Source: Phoronis australis (taxonomy: Eukaryota > Animalia > Phoronida). Taken from it: a DNA stretch of 64,000 bases. The DNA lies in NCBI GenBank assembly GCA_002633005.1, contig NMRA01000009.1:729169-793168 (forward strand). The letters are read 5' to 3'. The position numbers and the translations under genes were made by a program. Below the pieces are notes generated by a model. The model was not told the origin of the DNA, made no database searches, and worked only from the letters and a program-made list of their open reading frames with translations. Positions 23,572 through 60,900 of the stretch are shown here, one piece after another. Position 1 is the first letter of the stretch. The number at the start of each line of letters is the position of its first letter.

Positions 23572-24449
23572 AGGAGAATGCCACCTGATTTAATTAGCCT
23601 TTTTTACTGTCTTAATCGGTCTATACTAACATCGCCTCTTATACCTCACCTTGCCGAGAGGTGTCGCATTAACCTTTGAGGAAGGTGAGAAACGACGCAG
23701 CGACGTCAGTGCTTCATCTGCTAGTGAATGCCGCTATATTGCGGTGCATTGTTCCCGCTTGTCCAAACTATGAAGCTGCGAAGAGAGCGGGTATATCATT
23801 TTTTCGACTTCCTTGAGAGCCCGAAATGCTTAGGAAGTGGCTTGCGGTAGTGAAGAATGAAAAGTACGCTGTTAATAGCAAGTATGAGGCCGTGAAACAT
23901 CTCCGTGTCTATGTCCGGCATTTCATCGACAGTGATTTCTCAGGCGAATTCCGGCGTACCAAAGAACTATCCATACGTTCCCTTACCTACATGCATGTTC
24001 ACGGTGCCTCTCTAGTATTTCTTGATCAGTGTATTCTGGTTCAAACTGATAGCCTGTGAAACCTAATGATCCGACCCCATGCACTGCACTATGCTCCCAC
24101 TAATGCATGCCTATTACGTCATCGTCTCTGTCCAGCTGACATCCTAAACCTCTTGTTGTATCTCCAGTCGTCGTCCCTGTCCAGCTGGCATGCCATGCCT
24201 CCTGTTGTTTCTCAAAATCTGATGGATGGCCGTGAAATTTCATGTTTCTGTGGTGGGCATAAGCCGATTTGCAGACAGCTTTGGCTACTGCTGTGCCCCC
24301 TAGTGCCAATTGTAGTTGTTTGTATTAGCTTCTTTATATCTAAGTGGGCCTTGGTGGATTTTTATGATATCGGGCAAACGGGTTTCTGTTAAGATTACAA
24401 AACTCTCATTTTTAGATGAATTTTTATAATGCGTGCCCTCCATTCACCT
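23572..24449 (+). mobile_element. Kolobok-like DNA transposon relic
   Basis: TTAA|AGGAGAATG at the left end, CATTCACCT (8/9 inverted match) at 24441-24449, THAP relic inside. The right-hand TTAA is not intact. Confidence 0.45.
23742..23985 (+). pseudogene. THAP zinc-finger pseudogene
   Basis: RCIVPACPNYEAAKRAGISFFRLP*EPEMLRKWLAVVKN…HLRVYVRHFIDSDF…KELSIRS shows C-x4-C, FFRLP, RKW, RV(C>Y)xxHFxxxDF and an AVPT-like box; stop at 23814-23816. Confidence 0.75.
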
Positions 24450-25034
24450 TTTTGTGACGTATCTGTAAATCCTTGTTGTAATTAAGCTGATGATTCATCA
24501 GCAAGCTTGAGGACTGTTTTGTTCTTCATATGTTGTACTTAGTCATAGTGTGCAGTTGTTGATGATAGTGGGAAGCAATGGAGATGCGTCTCCATGCTAC
24601 TTGAGTGCTTTGTGAACCAAGTGATTCAGATAGTATTTATTGTTTTAAACCACCATTAAAGAAGCCACATTTAAATGACTGGCCATTACTAAAACCTCAT
24701 TTTAGATGTATTAGATTGTTCGGATAGTCTTAGCGATTTTTTAACAACACAAGAAAAACATTTATTTACTAAAAATACTCAAATGCAGGTACTACTACTG
24801 ACAAATAATAGCAGTTTAAATTTGAACATTTGCCAATGGTCAAGTGTGCGTCTTCCATGGGTACCAGAACACACATGTGAGGGCTGTCACAATCGAACAG
24901 ACAAAAATCAGGTAAATTACGCCTTACCGTTCGTTCACAACTTGACATTGTCAAAGTGATACTTTTAATGTATTATAGAAACTCAGTTTAAGTTGGTTTT
25001 AATGCAGGTGTTTTGATTGCAGGTGTCCTAAGCC

Positions 25035-47823
<22,789 letters not shown>

Positions 47824-49213
47824 GGTAGGCACTCGCTTCACTGACTAACTCCGGATTCACAAATACGATTACATGATTTCACACAAATGATCATCTGTAG
47901 TCTGGATGTGATCATGTACTGCTGGAGGTCTGTGTAATGTTTGACTTGTGATGCCTTGTTGTTATGTATCTAATGCACCCTGTTTTGGTTGATATGAATT
48001 CATATCAGCTTGATATATGACCATCATTCATAGCATTATTCAAGCAAAACCTCTTGATCATATATCATTGTTCAGTGATAATTATTATTTATCACGATTG
48101 ATGAAAAATGATATCAACTGTTGATATGAATTGTTATTGCATTTAAACTATTTCATGATAAATTATGATCCACCAAAATCGTTTGTGTATGTACGTTCGT
48201 ATTTGGAAGTGGGTGTTTGTAGACGTGTGTGAGTGGGCAGGTATATGTTTAAAATTAAATTTAATTATTCTGCTTTGATTTCATTAAATAGGCTGGAATG
48301 TGTTTAAGAAAGTTAAAAATCCTTCTGCACTACACTATGATATTATAAAGCACAATTTGAGAATATATCAAGATGTGATTTACAACATATTGTAGTATGG
48401 CTTGATACACAAAGTGAAATGTGCTCAACATTCTCACTCTGTCACGCCTACTATTTAGAGTCATAGTTTTACAATCTGCTTCTCTCTTTCTCTCTGGACT
48501 ACAGTGCTTCATGCAACCCTGATATTCTGCATTTAAGCGTTATGTCCAGAGAATCGAAATGTCATAATTTCTTTTCATAAAATTTTGCGTGGATAATTTT
48601 TCATGAGAACAATAGATGGCACTGTTTGCTGTGTTCCAGTGGGGGCTAGTGCACTACCAGCCATACCCGCAGAATGGCATGCATTGAGGTAGTCNCTTCC
48701 ACCAAAATTCTAAAATCACACGACAGCTGAGTACAGAACAAGTTTGTTGTGGTCTAAGTCAAATTTTGTTTGTTTGACAGAACTTGTGTTGGCTGCCACT
48801 TTAAAACGACAATGAAAATGGATAATTTTGGAATTATGTTTTTGTTCTGAAATTTTGGACAGTAACCCCAGCAAAGTTAGTGAATGTGCAGTACTGTCTG
48901 GATAGAATTGGAAAGAGTTGTCATTGGTGATTGAACTATATGTAGTATTTAGTCATTGGTTATAATGGATATCAGGGTCTTCATCATGGAAGTATGCATT
49001 GTGTCAACTTCATATACAAGTGTGTGTAGATTTTATTAGACAAGTACCTAAAGCCTTATTTGGCCCTGTTTAGCCATCACTAATTACAATCAACTTCTCT
49101 ACTGTAGAGACAAAACCAATGGCTAATGTGTGGTGTACTCGCGGGATGTTAGGTGACGGGTGTGAATGGAAGTGCCTGCACGCTGTTTTTGAATTATATG
49201 GCTGGTTTACACC

Positions 49214-49219
49214 AATAAA
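49214..49219 (+). terminator. Candidate MELK polyadenylation signal
   Basis: AATAAA followed by T/GT-rich sequence; ATTAAA alternatives near 48254 and 48283. Confidence 0.35.
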
Positions 49220-49451
49220 ATTTACTTTTTCTGACGTGTCTCTTGACCTGTCTAATGTCCCTTTGATCTACGTAGTAACAGTAAACAAGACATGGAAATG
49301 TTGAGACCAGTTTTATTTGAGTACATGGCCCTGTTCGATTTTCGTTTTTAACCAGCTAAACAGAGCAGCTCTAAAATGTTTTTTAACAACCGAATATGTC
49401 TCCATTTTGGTTGATGGTAAATGATGTGTAGTCTGTTATCAGTCTGGTAAT

Positions 49452-50718
49452 TTACTTGGCGAAATAAATTTCGCCAAGTATGTTGCTCTGTCGTCAAGTT
49501 TTTTTTTTCGCACTCTACAGGTCGCAATTTAAGTCCGATTCTCATGAAATTTGCACACGACGTGTAGATCGGAAAGTCCTGGAAGCCTATTGTTTTTGGT
49601 CATGATCGGATTCAAAATGGAGGACGTGGCGGCCATTTGTTTTCGATCTCAGAGTCAAATGCTCGTAGAGGCCACATTTTTCGTTGTACAGGGCTGAAAC
49701 GTAGTACGATTATTATAGAACACATGTGCTACAACTGTGCTGAAAATCGTTGACTTCCGGTCAAAGGTGGCAGAATATTGGAAGTGGCGCATGCGCACCT
49801 CGATATCTGGACGAAAACGGTTTCTCCTGTAGAGGGCGCATCGGCGAACCAATCATTTTGAAACTGGTCACGTGTTTGTCGCTATTGATTGGCTTTTATA
49901 AAATTTTGTTTAACCAGAAGTCACTTTGAAGATGGCGGCTCTGGCGCATTTTCACCCGTTTTCAATTGTTCTACGGTCGCATTTTTAACGGGAAGAGCAA
50001 ATGACATGAATTTTTGCATGTGGATTCCTTGAAGTATGCTTTTTCAACGTTTTTCTCAGACTTACCGTTTTCGAGTTATTTGACTTTGAATTTTGAAAAA
50101 AAACGCAGAATTTCAATTTTTTCGAAAAAATTATGGTATGTTGCGAAACTATCAATTTAGATAGAGTTTAGAACGGGCTTTCAGAAGATGTTTTCCATTT
50201 TTCGCTAGGGCGTCTACTTTTCGAATTACTTGAGATTTTCTGATAGCGCTGTTCCTTTGTTGAGCGTTCTTACTGCATTGATGTTGGTTTACTGAACAGT
50301 AGCCTATTTCTTACTGATTTCTGACATCTTTGCTAGTCATATGAATGTTATGGTGTTGCTCATAATCCCCACTATCATAATCGTCGTCGTCGTCATCTCC
50401 ATCGTCGTCTTTTCGGTTAACTTCGCCAAGTGTCGCTCCTCCGAGCGCTCTCGCACTGTTGTCTGTTTATCGGCTTTTGAACAAGACTGCAGCCTATTTC
50501 TTTCTGATTTCTTCGCTAGTCACATGAATGTTATCGTGTTGTTCATAATCTCCGTCTTCATTGTCATGATCATCGTCGTTCTCCTCCCCATGGTCCTGTT
50601 TTCGCGTAATTTTGCCAAGTGTCGCTCCTCCGAGCGCTGTCGCGCTGTTGCCAGTTTACCGGGTGCGTGAACAAGACTGCAGGCTATTTCATACTGATTT
50701 GTTCGCTAGTCACATGAA
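49452..50718 (+). mobile_element. Helentron-type element with a tandemly reiterated ~190-bp 3' end
   Basis: 5' hairpin acttggcgaa-ataaat-ttcgccaagt; 3' sub-TIR ttcgccaagt plus hairpin cgctcctccgagcg plus ctgtt at ~50460 and again at ~50650. Confidence 0.75.
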
Positions 50719-53700
50719 NCATTTCATGGCAGGTTTCAGTCTAGCTACAGATTTTTTTTTCATTTCATTATGAATCACCACTCCACAGTCACTGTGCCTG
50801 ATTAGAATGAAGAAAAATTCCATAGCACTGCTAGGAACCAATGGCTTGCCATAGTAGTAATTATAGAATCAGCTCATTGCCCTGTTTGCACTAAATATTT
50901 TAAATTGATCTAAAATTTGTTTGGGTTTCAAATGAAGGTAGGAAGGGAGTGTAAAGACAAGGGGTTTAGCTTAAATCCATTCAACCTGAACACAATCATG
51001 TATGTGGGGTTAACCTATAGGGATTATTACCTTGAGTCAACAATCTAATTGAATCAACTCAGATGGGGATGGTGACCATGTGCACATCTAAATTCTGCCT
51101 TTGTCAAAAATTTCTCGTATTAGTCAAGTCCAGTATTCTATACTCTACTTAGCTTAACAAAACCGAAATGATAACTGGAATTGGGAAGGAGGGTGAAAAA
51201 TGAAAATATTATGTCAACACCATGAAAGCTGTCCAATTAACTGTAATTTAAAGGACATTCTTGACAGGAAGATGAGAAGTGTGTATGAATGGTATACTAA
51301 GCCCAGCAGATAGCGCTGTGACTAAAGCTGATAGGGAAAATTTGATGAATGTAGATTGATGACAAACTTCAGCTTTGACTTTAATTATAACAACTCAAGG
51401 TGTAAAACCACCAATTTTCAGTCTCATAACACAGACATGAATTTGGAATACTGTTGTAAAACATGAGGCAGTTTGCCTGTACTGTGTAACTTGTCTCTTC
51501 TATATGATGTTGTCCTTGTATATCGTACTTCTTTGTCCACTATTATCACATGTAGAATGCTTGCCCTTGTTTTGATTTGTGAGCATTCCAAAACTGCTGC
51601 AAAATTCATTTTCAGTTATGGATTTTTTTCCGTAATTTAGTACTGTTATAGTTTTGAACAAAATTAATGTCGATCTTGTTCTCGTGTCAAAAAACAACCT
51701 TCAAAGTGATGTTTGCCACATACTGTAATACTGTTGCCTTATTTGAAATCCATGTAAGCACATCACACAACGTTTCTTTGAGCTTGAATTTTTAAAGTAA
51801 TTCATGACAAAGGAGAAGATAGTTTGATAACCTAACCAACACTATTATAAGCTGTTTTGTGGTTTTCTTTCTGCTTTCAAATATTTTGCGTAGCAAATAA
51901 CAGGTGATCATATCTGTGCTTTGGTAGCAGCAATTGGATAATTCATTTAATTTTTGTGCATTCCGCTGCTGGAAAATTCCCCTCTGTTAGCCCATATACA
52001 ACAAAAGGCACCCACAGATTTGGCACACAAAACCTGTTATTATATTGTAAAGAAACACTCCAAGTTGTCTTATAAATTCACCAGCCTATTGTGAGCGGCA
52101 AACAGCAATCGTCTGGATGCCTTCTTTGATGTGACACCGCTGGTGATTGTTATTGTTGTTAAGATCAATGTTTAACCTAAATAACACCAGTGTCAATTGA
52201 TTAGTCCTCTGCAAGATGGTGGCTGTGATGAACAATGGACATTTAATGCATGCTGATGATTTACTCCTCTCACTGAAGCTGGTAACCTGTCATTTACCAA
52301 ATCAAATTAACGTTTGAAATTAAAAACGATGCTGTGGCAAGGTGAACATCCAAAACTGGTTATCTATCAAGTAGGTTTTAAATGTATAAACCAGCTTTAT
52401 ATTTGAGGGTATGGGTCAGGCTGGTATGGATGCAGTTGCTTTTGGTATTATTTTCTATGACATTTTATATTCTCTGTATGTTGTGATTGCTTTTAACCAA
52501 ACTTTAATTGTGTTGCCAAGTCAAATCCCGCCCCACAAAATATGTGTGGGAGTTTGTCAGACAGCACATTGACCAGGGGAGCATTCGTAGATTTCACCTG
52601 TGATTACCAACAATGTCAACAGCAGACACTCTCCAGGTTGGGACCTTTTATTCAACTAACGAATTAGTATCCTTTCATAACCTGTTTGTTATCTTTTCAT
52701 CTCCTGCTTCTCACATTTACTAGGGAACTGCTCCAGCTATCTCTATACACATCATTATCACTATCCTGGTTTCTTCGTTCATTTTGCCCTTCAAGTCAAT
52801 TGTCTGCTCACCTCCAGTTTTGTTCACTAGAGTGCCTGTCACCACCTCACCTGTACTTCAACATACCTCTGTTAAGGTGTGTGTTGTGTTGTCAAGGTGT
52901 CTGTTGTGTACTGGCACCTGTCCTCCCCATATTCAGGTGAAAGTGAGTGTGACCCTTGTGTTGCTGATGCCTCAGGGGATGTTATCGACACGCTTCCTTG
53001 TACACTTGTACCAGTGTTGCATGTCAACAGTCAGTGGTGTGCTACTGAGGCCAATGTAAGAGCATGCTTGTCTTTTCAACATATTGCTTCACTTGCATGC
53101 TTCCTAGGCAACATCTGCCACTTAACAACAGTTGCTACATTTTTAGCTTTGTGTCAAGTTTTTCAATTCTAAATATTAAAAAATGGCACAATTTTAGTGA
53201 CTCTTCTGATCCCACTGTGATCAGCATTAAACACTGGTTGTTATTAGTATAATGGTTCGTCAGAGTCAAACTCTATTCTGTACCCTAGGAAGTGAGCAGG
53301 GGGTGTTTGTGTGCTTGTAACCATTATTTAAATCAAGGATTTGTTGATAACTTTGTACTGAACCTCACCTTTTTATTGTTGAAAGAATGTTTAAAGTGAA
53401 CAATATTATCCCAAGCAAGGTATTTTTCAAACCCTAGTAAACATGTATATGAGTATTTTGTGGTCAGTTTATGAAATCTTGGGTACAATAAATGGAGATT
53501 TAAAGAGCATCTTTTCTACTCATTATACAAAAATAACGGGATTGGTTGATTTTTGTACTGTCAATCATACATGTAGGTGTTGGTCTGTACCATCAAGTGC
53601 AACAGGATGATCACTTTTGATGCTTTGTTGCTTAGTGGCGATAGAGTAGTTGGTTGACAGTATTCTATGTTCTTGTATGGAGGAACCACACAAAAATGTC

Positions 53701-55354
53701 TCAAAATGTCCAAAAAAAGAAATTGCTTTTCAGCCCTGTCAACTCAGCCTGCCTTGAACATCAGAATTAGCAGTTTGAGTCATGCTCGTGATGCTTTCAT
53801 GATTTACTGAAGAGACGTCTGCTGCATGTTCTGTATCCTGGAAGGTCCACCTACGTTGTCAAAGTTGATGGCTTTTGACTCGTTTTTTCACTCAGCAATA
53901 CCTAGAATTATCTGCTTTGGGTTGAAGATCGATTTCTACAATAGAGTAGAAATATTTATGACTCTGAAAGTCTGACAAAATTCCTCAGTACTTTCCTTGT
54001 GAAAGCATTTTGTTAATTGTAGCCATCATTAATGACACTTGAAGAAGTTGTTGAATCTTTGGGATCTTTTAACATTTGTGATTGGTTTGGATTTGGAAAT
54101 GAAGCTAGAAGATATGAGAGATGATTGGCATTTGATGGTCATTGTTTCCCTTGTCCAATGGGCTTGCAATATTGTGTTATCAAAACAAGAAGAGTAGAAT
54201 TGAATTGGGATGTGGCAATTACTTTAAAGTTATGGACACAGCTACTAGCAGTGACTTGTTGGGAGAATCATTTGTTTATTTGCTTCTGTAATACATCAAT
54301 TCTCCTTTCTGTAGGATTTGTTACTGGCATTGGCATGCGTTAATTCACCAGTGCCTTGTTGTTATACCATTAGTAGATTATATACTCTTGACACCAAACA
54401 GCCAAGCCAGCGATTATACCCTTGAATAATCCTGTTGCCATAGTTTCCTTGTGTCCTTGTGTAAGATTTTTCTCCCAATTGAAAGGTATAACCATGAAAA
54501 CATTGAACACAAGCGAGAAACTGTGTTATCCAGAGTGCCTTCACATAATGATTATGGCTAAGAGTTGTATCATGTTGTAGTCTGTATACAACACTTTCAG
54601 TCAATGACAAGGTGTTATAGTGTTCTGAGAGCCAGGTTACTGACTGTTATCCACTGCCTGGTCACTCTTGCTCTATGCTGACTTAGTCTTTTTACTAAAA
54701 TATCAAAACCCAGAATTATCATTTTTTTCTTCAGTATGACTGCTCATTAACATGTATTCATCTGAGGATTTGGAGATTGTAAGAAGTTTTGCACATGACA
54801 AAGACTTGGTGTACAAATCACTATCTTCAAGCTGGAATACCTTTCAGAGTTGAGAAAGTGCTCACATAAAAGGAATCAATAGCCTCAACTCTGTCCATAT
54901 TGTAATTGTGTAACAATTAAAAATGTTCACTCTCTGTGTTAAAGTCCTCTTATATTGTCTGTAAAGTTTTCAAGATGGCAGTAGGTCATGTGACTTAAAT
55001 GTCTTGAAACAGTATTACCAGGGAGTCTTAGTCTTTGTTCCTTGCAAAGGTGACACATCTCCATACAGTAATGGAAAATTTGCCATTGTTGTTGGACTGT
55101 TTTTGCATGTTTTTTTAACAAAAATAGTCAGGTTTTGAAGTGTTTATTTCTTAAATAAATGAAATTTCTGTTTCAGAAATGCCTCTTTTGAAACAAAGAA
55201 CAGTCAAAACCACCGTGAATTGAGGACATGAGCTACAGATTAAGTGTATGGCATAATATGAGAACTAGATGGTATCTAAATCAGTTGTTAATTCTCTGGC
55301 TTGTAACAAGGCGGGAATCAACAATTTGTCAGACTTCAAAACCACTAAGCCCAC

Positions 55355-55633
55355 ACTTCAAAACCAGCTTGATGGACTGCAAAACCCAATGGCTGGTGTT
55401 CTAAGTTGGTGGTCAGACCTTAAAATGTGATGTCCAGTATCTCAAAACTAGATGGTCACACCCAAAAATCTGGTCAGCCGGACCTAAAATGGGTTGGCCG
55501 GCCCAACTGGTTATAACACTGGTCATCGTGTTTTGGGTCCAACCAACTACTTTTTTAGTTTTTTATGAAGTTCGGACAACACGTTTGATCACTGGCCATT
55601 TGGTTTTGCAGTCCAGCCAACTGGTTTTGAAGT
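55355..55633. repeat. Inverted repeat pair, MITE fragments
   Basis: acttcaaaaccagcttgatggactgcaaaacc versus ggttttgcagtccagccaactggttttgaagt; hAT-like end ctggttataacactg at 55508-55521. Confidence 0.5.
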
Positions 55634-56569
55634 CCAACCAATTATTGATTCCCCCTTGTTTAATCTTGGTGAATGTTTGTGTAATAATTGAGAGAGCATG
55701 TGGAGGTATTTGACTGTGACACTTTTTGTGTTCGTATGTTGTGCTGCCAGCTATTAGAAACCAATCAATTTGAGGTTCCTGGAAATCAAAAATGAGCAAC
55801 ATGGGAGGCCCCATCTTGTTGGCTTTAAATGACTGGTTCTACCTGTACTACGATCTTTAAGGTAATTGATCATTTTTTGTGAAAATCATTGCTGAGGAGT
55901 TTTTTGCGTCACATTTTATGACTTATTGTAATCATTGTTGTCATGATGTCTTAAACAGTTTGCCTACAGTGTTTGAGAGAATGTAAATTTCACAATTTTT
56001 TTATCAAGTGGTTTTACATGACAAAAGGAGTAGGGAAAGGGGCTTTCAGGTATTTCTACAAAATGGATTCACTTTGATTTTAGCAATGCTTGTGTTCTTT
56101 GTGTAAAGTCATTTGTTGTCTTGTTTTAAATATATAAATTTTATAGCTATGTCAATGAGAACTTTACTAATTAACTCTCCACCTCCACTAGTCTAGTGTC
56201 TGTAACAGTAGACAGTATTTTATGATCCTTCTTTTATTATGAATGTTGTTACTAATGCTGTTCCCATTTGAAAATTGGTGGAAATAATTCTGTGTGTTTT
56301 TCAAGAAAAATTTTCCTGGAAAAATTGCATTGGGGCACGAATTTGCCTGTGTGTCATTGTCTGCCAATAGGGTTGACATAACTTTCTGGTATGCATTAAT
56401 CCCTTTTGGAGATGTTTTTGAATTTTTTCCCAGAAAATTTTTTATGATTTCAGAATACATGGGAACAGCTCGTGTATTGGTATGCTACAGCTGTACAATT
56501 ATGTGCACACAAATAAATATGTAAACTGAGTAGTTTGTGTCTTCCTTCGTCTTAATCACACCTCTCCTG

Positions 56570-56741
56570 AATAGTTGCAATGCAGTTGTTGTTCAACACA
56601 GCCACCTGGCACAATAGTTGCAATGCAGTTGTTGTTCAACACAGCCACCTGGCACAATAGTTGCAATGCAGTTGTTGTTCAACACAGCCACCTGGCACAA
56701 TAGTTGCAATGCAGTTGTTGTTCAACACAGCCACCTGGCAC
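56570..56741. repeat. 43-bp tandem repeat x4
   Basis: aatagttgcaatgcagttgttgttcaacacagccacctggcac. Confidence 0.95.
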
Positions 56742-56956
56742 ACTTTGATCAAATGATTCTTACTTTATTTGATTGAACACCAGCTAATGCTTGTTATCCA
56801 GCTGCACTGTTGACTCAAGATGTTGTTTTAAAGAAATTTGGAAGTAATGTGTTCCCCATCTGTGGCCTGCCTATCAGGTCAAAAAATACCAGCACATTTT
56901 TATTTTTGTATTCTTTTGTTACAAGTAGGTAATGTAGCAAAGAGCCAGTAACAAAG

Positions 56957-57064
56957 GCTCCAACTGTCAGTTGGGCTTCAGTTCACAAGGCCGCTCCAAC
57001 TGTCAGCTGGGCTTCAGTTCACTTGGCCGCTCCAGCTGTCAGTTGGGCTTCAGTTCACTAGGCC
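56957..57064. repeat. 36-bp tandem repeat x3
   Basis: gctccaactgtcagttgggcttcagttcacaaggcc. Confidence 0.9.
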
Positions 57065-57848
57065 ATCTCTTGCTTGATAGGGATATACTCCTAAAATTGT
57101 ATGCAAATAGACAATTTTATTAGAGTGTGACCTATGCCTTGCTGCAAACTGGTGACGTCACAAAAACAGCTTTTGGTTTAGACCTTTTACCATTCTGGTC
57201 GCCATTTTTGCTCAGTCAAATTGGAGATGATTTCAGGGCTTTCAAGCAACTAATAGTTTATAATTGCTGGAGACCAGGCTCTAAGAGTTGTCTTGTCACC
57301 GTGTCACCGCCAATCATGGTCTCAACGAATAACGAATTGATAGTGTCATTTCTTTGCTAACTCAGAAATTTCAAGCAGAAAGAAACAAGTTGTTTTTTTT
57401 TGTCTGAATCATAAGTTTACTTTTTGAATTGATCGCGGGATTATAGTCGCTTTACGTACGAAAATCAAACCTGCAGAGACACATTTTGACAAACGTTAAG
57501 TGTACTTTAATAGATCTTATTCCTTAAAACGGTTGGTTTTTTCAATTAAAACTGGGGCATTTACTGGTGACGGTGCTTCCATCCGGGCTATGAACCTGGG
57601 ATTTTATTTGAAAGTCATGCTGTGTTTTACAAATGTGAAGAGGGTTCGCTACTGGCACTGTTCATCCACTCGTTATTCTCGGGGCCGTGCTGAAAGGCGA
57701 CTTCTCTGAGTGTCAACTTGTGTCTAAGTCGTTATGACGAGTTAAATATTGATGCACTGGTATAGCGACACTTGTCTGGCTATTTCAAACTCCACATAAT
57801 TTGGACAGATTATGAAGTTTTAAACTCGTATTTCGGAGTCGATAATAC

Positions 57849-57980
57849 TCTATATTGTCCACTCATACCTTAGTAGTTACCTCCATATTGACCACTCATA
57901 CGTTAGTAGTTACCTCTATATTGTCCACTCATACCTTAGTAGTTACCTCCATATTGTCCACTCATACCTTAGTGGTTACC
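57849..57980. repeat. 33-bp tandem repeat x4
   Basis: ctatattgtccactcataccttagtagttacct. Confidence 0.9.
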
Positions 57981-60900
57981 TGGTTTTAATACCCATCATA
58001 ATGTTCTTTGTCAAGTAATTCAGATTTCATCGTAATAAGATTCCGGATCTTCTTGTTCGCAAGTGCTATTTTACCACTGCTCACCAGCACGTCAACGAAA
58101 GATTTTTAAAGTGACATTACGGCCGAGAAAAAATCTTTGTCTGAGACCAGCCACAGTACAGTGCGCAATTGAGCCTGAAACCAACTCTCGTGTGGCAACC
58201 AAACGCTCTGCTTGTGGCTGAAGTAATCCCACCTATTCCTTGTTAGAGTATTTTAAGCTTATTTGCAACGACGACAGTTGACGATTTGTAATAAAATCAA
58301 AAAAACAACGAATTTTGTTTTTGTCGGTGCCACTGAAGACACTCTGCTTTGAATTCTTCAATTAAGAACACACGATGAGTTTCGTTCGTTCAAATATTTC
58401 ACTAAAATATAAACATTTCAAATATTTCACTAAAATATAAACATTTCGTAACTTTTAGCTGTTCGTGTTTACCTTATTTTATTGCTATTATAATTATTTC
58501 CGTGGAAACTTCATTACATTTGGCTGCAGTTGAGTGAACACCCAAAATACATGAATCACCTTTCACTCACCACGGCGGCCATTTTAAGTGAGGCTGAACC
58601 AGCAAAAACAAAATTAAACAAAAAATGCATATAAATCCATTGAATTATGTTTGAAAATATTTGGCGTTGTGTTGAATGAGAATTATTTGGGCTCTAGTTT
58701 CGATTGAACTAAATTGCGTTAAAATCCGTTTTCTGAAAGTTTTAACTAAAATGAAGCGAAAAGAGTACCTTTAACCTTTTTACGTCATATCCGGATTCTG
58801 ATTTCACATTTTAAAAATGCCGTAAAATCCAAACCAGCAGAAGAATGCTAACCTGCATCAAGGCATCACTTTTTCCACCATCACGCTTTTGTACAAAGGA
58901 TATACTTTCACAAGCTGATAATGTTCACCGACGTTCAATACATATTATTTACGTGGACGATTGTTTTTCAATATAAATGACTGTTTTATGAACGCAAAAC
59001 ATATTCTATTGTTCCTTTGTCCATAGCAAGTGTCTCCTGGACGTTTTTCAATATCGCCGCCCTCAACGCACGATTTGGGTAAAAAGCCGTTACCTGGCTG
59101 ACCGAACGAGTGATTGACAGGTTCAAAAGCCCAAACACAGACTCCCTCCATTGCCTAATTTAACAATTAATTGACTCACACTCGGTCACAATGTTGGTAT
59201 TCAGACCCCCCAAACGTGATAATGACCTTGGAACATGATGACTTTCCGTCATAGTCAATAAGCGCTTTCCGCGGTTTAAAAACATAACCCCGCCCATCCT
59301 ATCTTGAATTGTTACCGAGTACGCCGACATCTCTTGTCAGAGCTACGCGTACCCGTGCGCCATTTTCTAATTACGAATATTAGGGTTGACCGTCTCCAAT
59401 AAACTCAAACACGCTTACTCGATTCGCTGGTTCTTATTCTTAAAGGAATTGGAATCTTACCACGGTAAGGGATATAATGAGATCGATTTTATGAAAATAA
59501 AAGTCTGGTTCATTTTTATTTTTTCATCCAGGTAAACAGAGCGAAATAAAGTTTTAACGGAAAAAGCGCCACCTATATCAATATCGGGCAACCTATCCAA
59601 TTTGTTTGGAAAGCCGACAAGTTTTTCGTCCAGTAAGTATATGTACTTGATCCGTTCCCTCGCACGCGTGAGTGCCGCCGTTATAAAAAGGAAATAAAAC
59701 ACATATTTTGTAGATGGCGTTTTCCAACAATTAACGTGTCATCAAGTGTGCATAATTTACCCTTAGTGCGAATATGAAAAATATTTCACCACACAGCCAC
59801 AGTCGCGGACATTATGAGATTCGCATAGGTGCTAGACGGTCTCAAAAGGCTCATACCCGAGTGAGGGTTGAGATCATTACCTGGTAAAATTGACGATTTA
59901 GTTGAGTATTCCTTAGTGTAGTTCTGAAGCCACACATGAATTTTATTGAATAACTTTCGTTGTTAAGAACAAAAATGAAATGCAACTATAAAAAACACAG
60001 TGGAAACATTGACGAGTACTGTATTTAACAATACATGTAGACGTAACAGTGTGTAACAAAGCTTCAATACACTTCAGGGTAACAGGGTGTAAGAATGCGC
60101 CGGTTGCAGACACATTTAATGTCCAAATCTGTCCACAACTAATCTAGCGGATGAAATGGCACATTCTGAAAGTAAATGTGGTAATTTTTCAAATTCTTTT
60201 GAATACCCTTCAGTTCAGACGCCACTTGGTCTTAGCCAAAGGCGAGCATTAAATTTTGGGTCAGACAATGCGCCAACAGCCCATTACAGTGGCAGTAGAG
60301 GATAGCCAATGGCACTTAAATGTTCAATTTTCTGCTCGTTTAACTGAGTAGACCAACATGAAACGAACAAAACAAGTCAACTATAGGACCCCTCGCATGG
60401 TTACCTCGGTCAGGTTTGATCATAAAATGTCATGTTCAAGTGAATGAGTACGAGGGGAATCTTGTCTTATACGTCGTAAAACCGAGATCTGGTATTAATG
60501 GCGATACCTAGTGTAAAAGGAATGCTTGTTGTAAAAAATGTATGTAAGAGTCTCACAGTAAATTATAATTTTAGATTATAAATTATCAAACATTACGACC
60601 TGGGAATGTTAAGAAATTAAAGTAATATCACTTTTGAACAAAAAAAAAGATATTTTGATCGTCTCGAGATCGTCTCAAATAAGCAAATCATTATGCGCTA
60701 CGCAATTAGTCTACCGAATACCTACACCTAAGGCGAAATAAGACATGATTCAACTATACTAATCTAAAAAATCTTTAATAGAAATTTTGTAAAATGACAG
60801 CAGTCACGCTGTCTGTTTTGCCTCATGACAAATTAAGGAGTTTAAGCAAAATAACGTGTCCCTGTTGACCGGATTTCCCTGATTTTGTTGCAAACTATAT

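Noticed and set aside
50341-50670. Hydrophobic 109-aa membrane-protein-like ORF
   Set aside because: Derived from the (atc/gtc)-rich duplicated 3' end of a Helentron-type element.
52937-53055. Exon-like segment (CAG…GTAAGA; GESECDPCVADASGDVIDTLPC…)
   Set aside because: No recognisable homology and no compatible neighbouring exons found.
56570-56741. 43-bp repeats resembling a CRISPR array
   Set aside because: Head-to-tail identical units without spacers.
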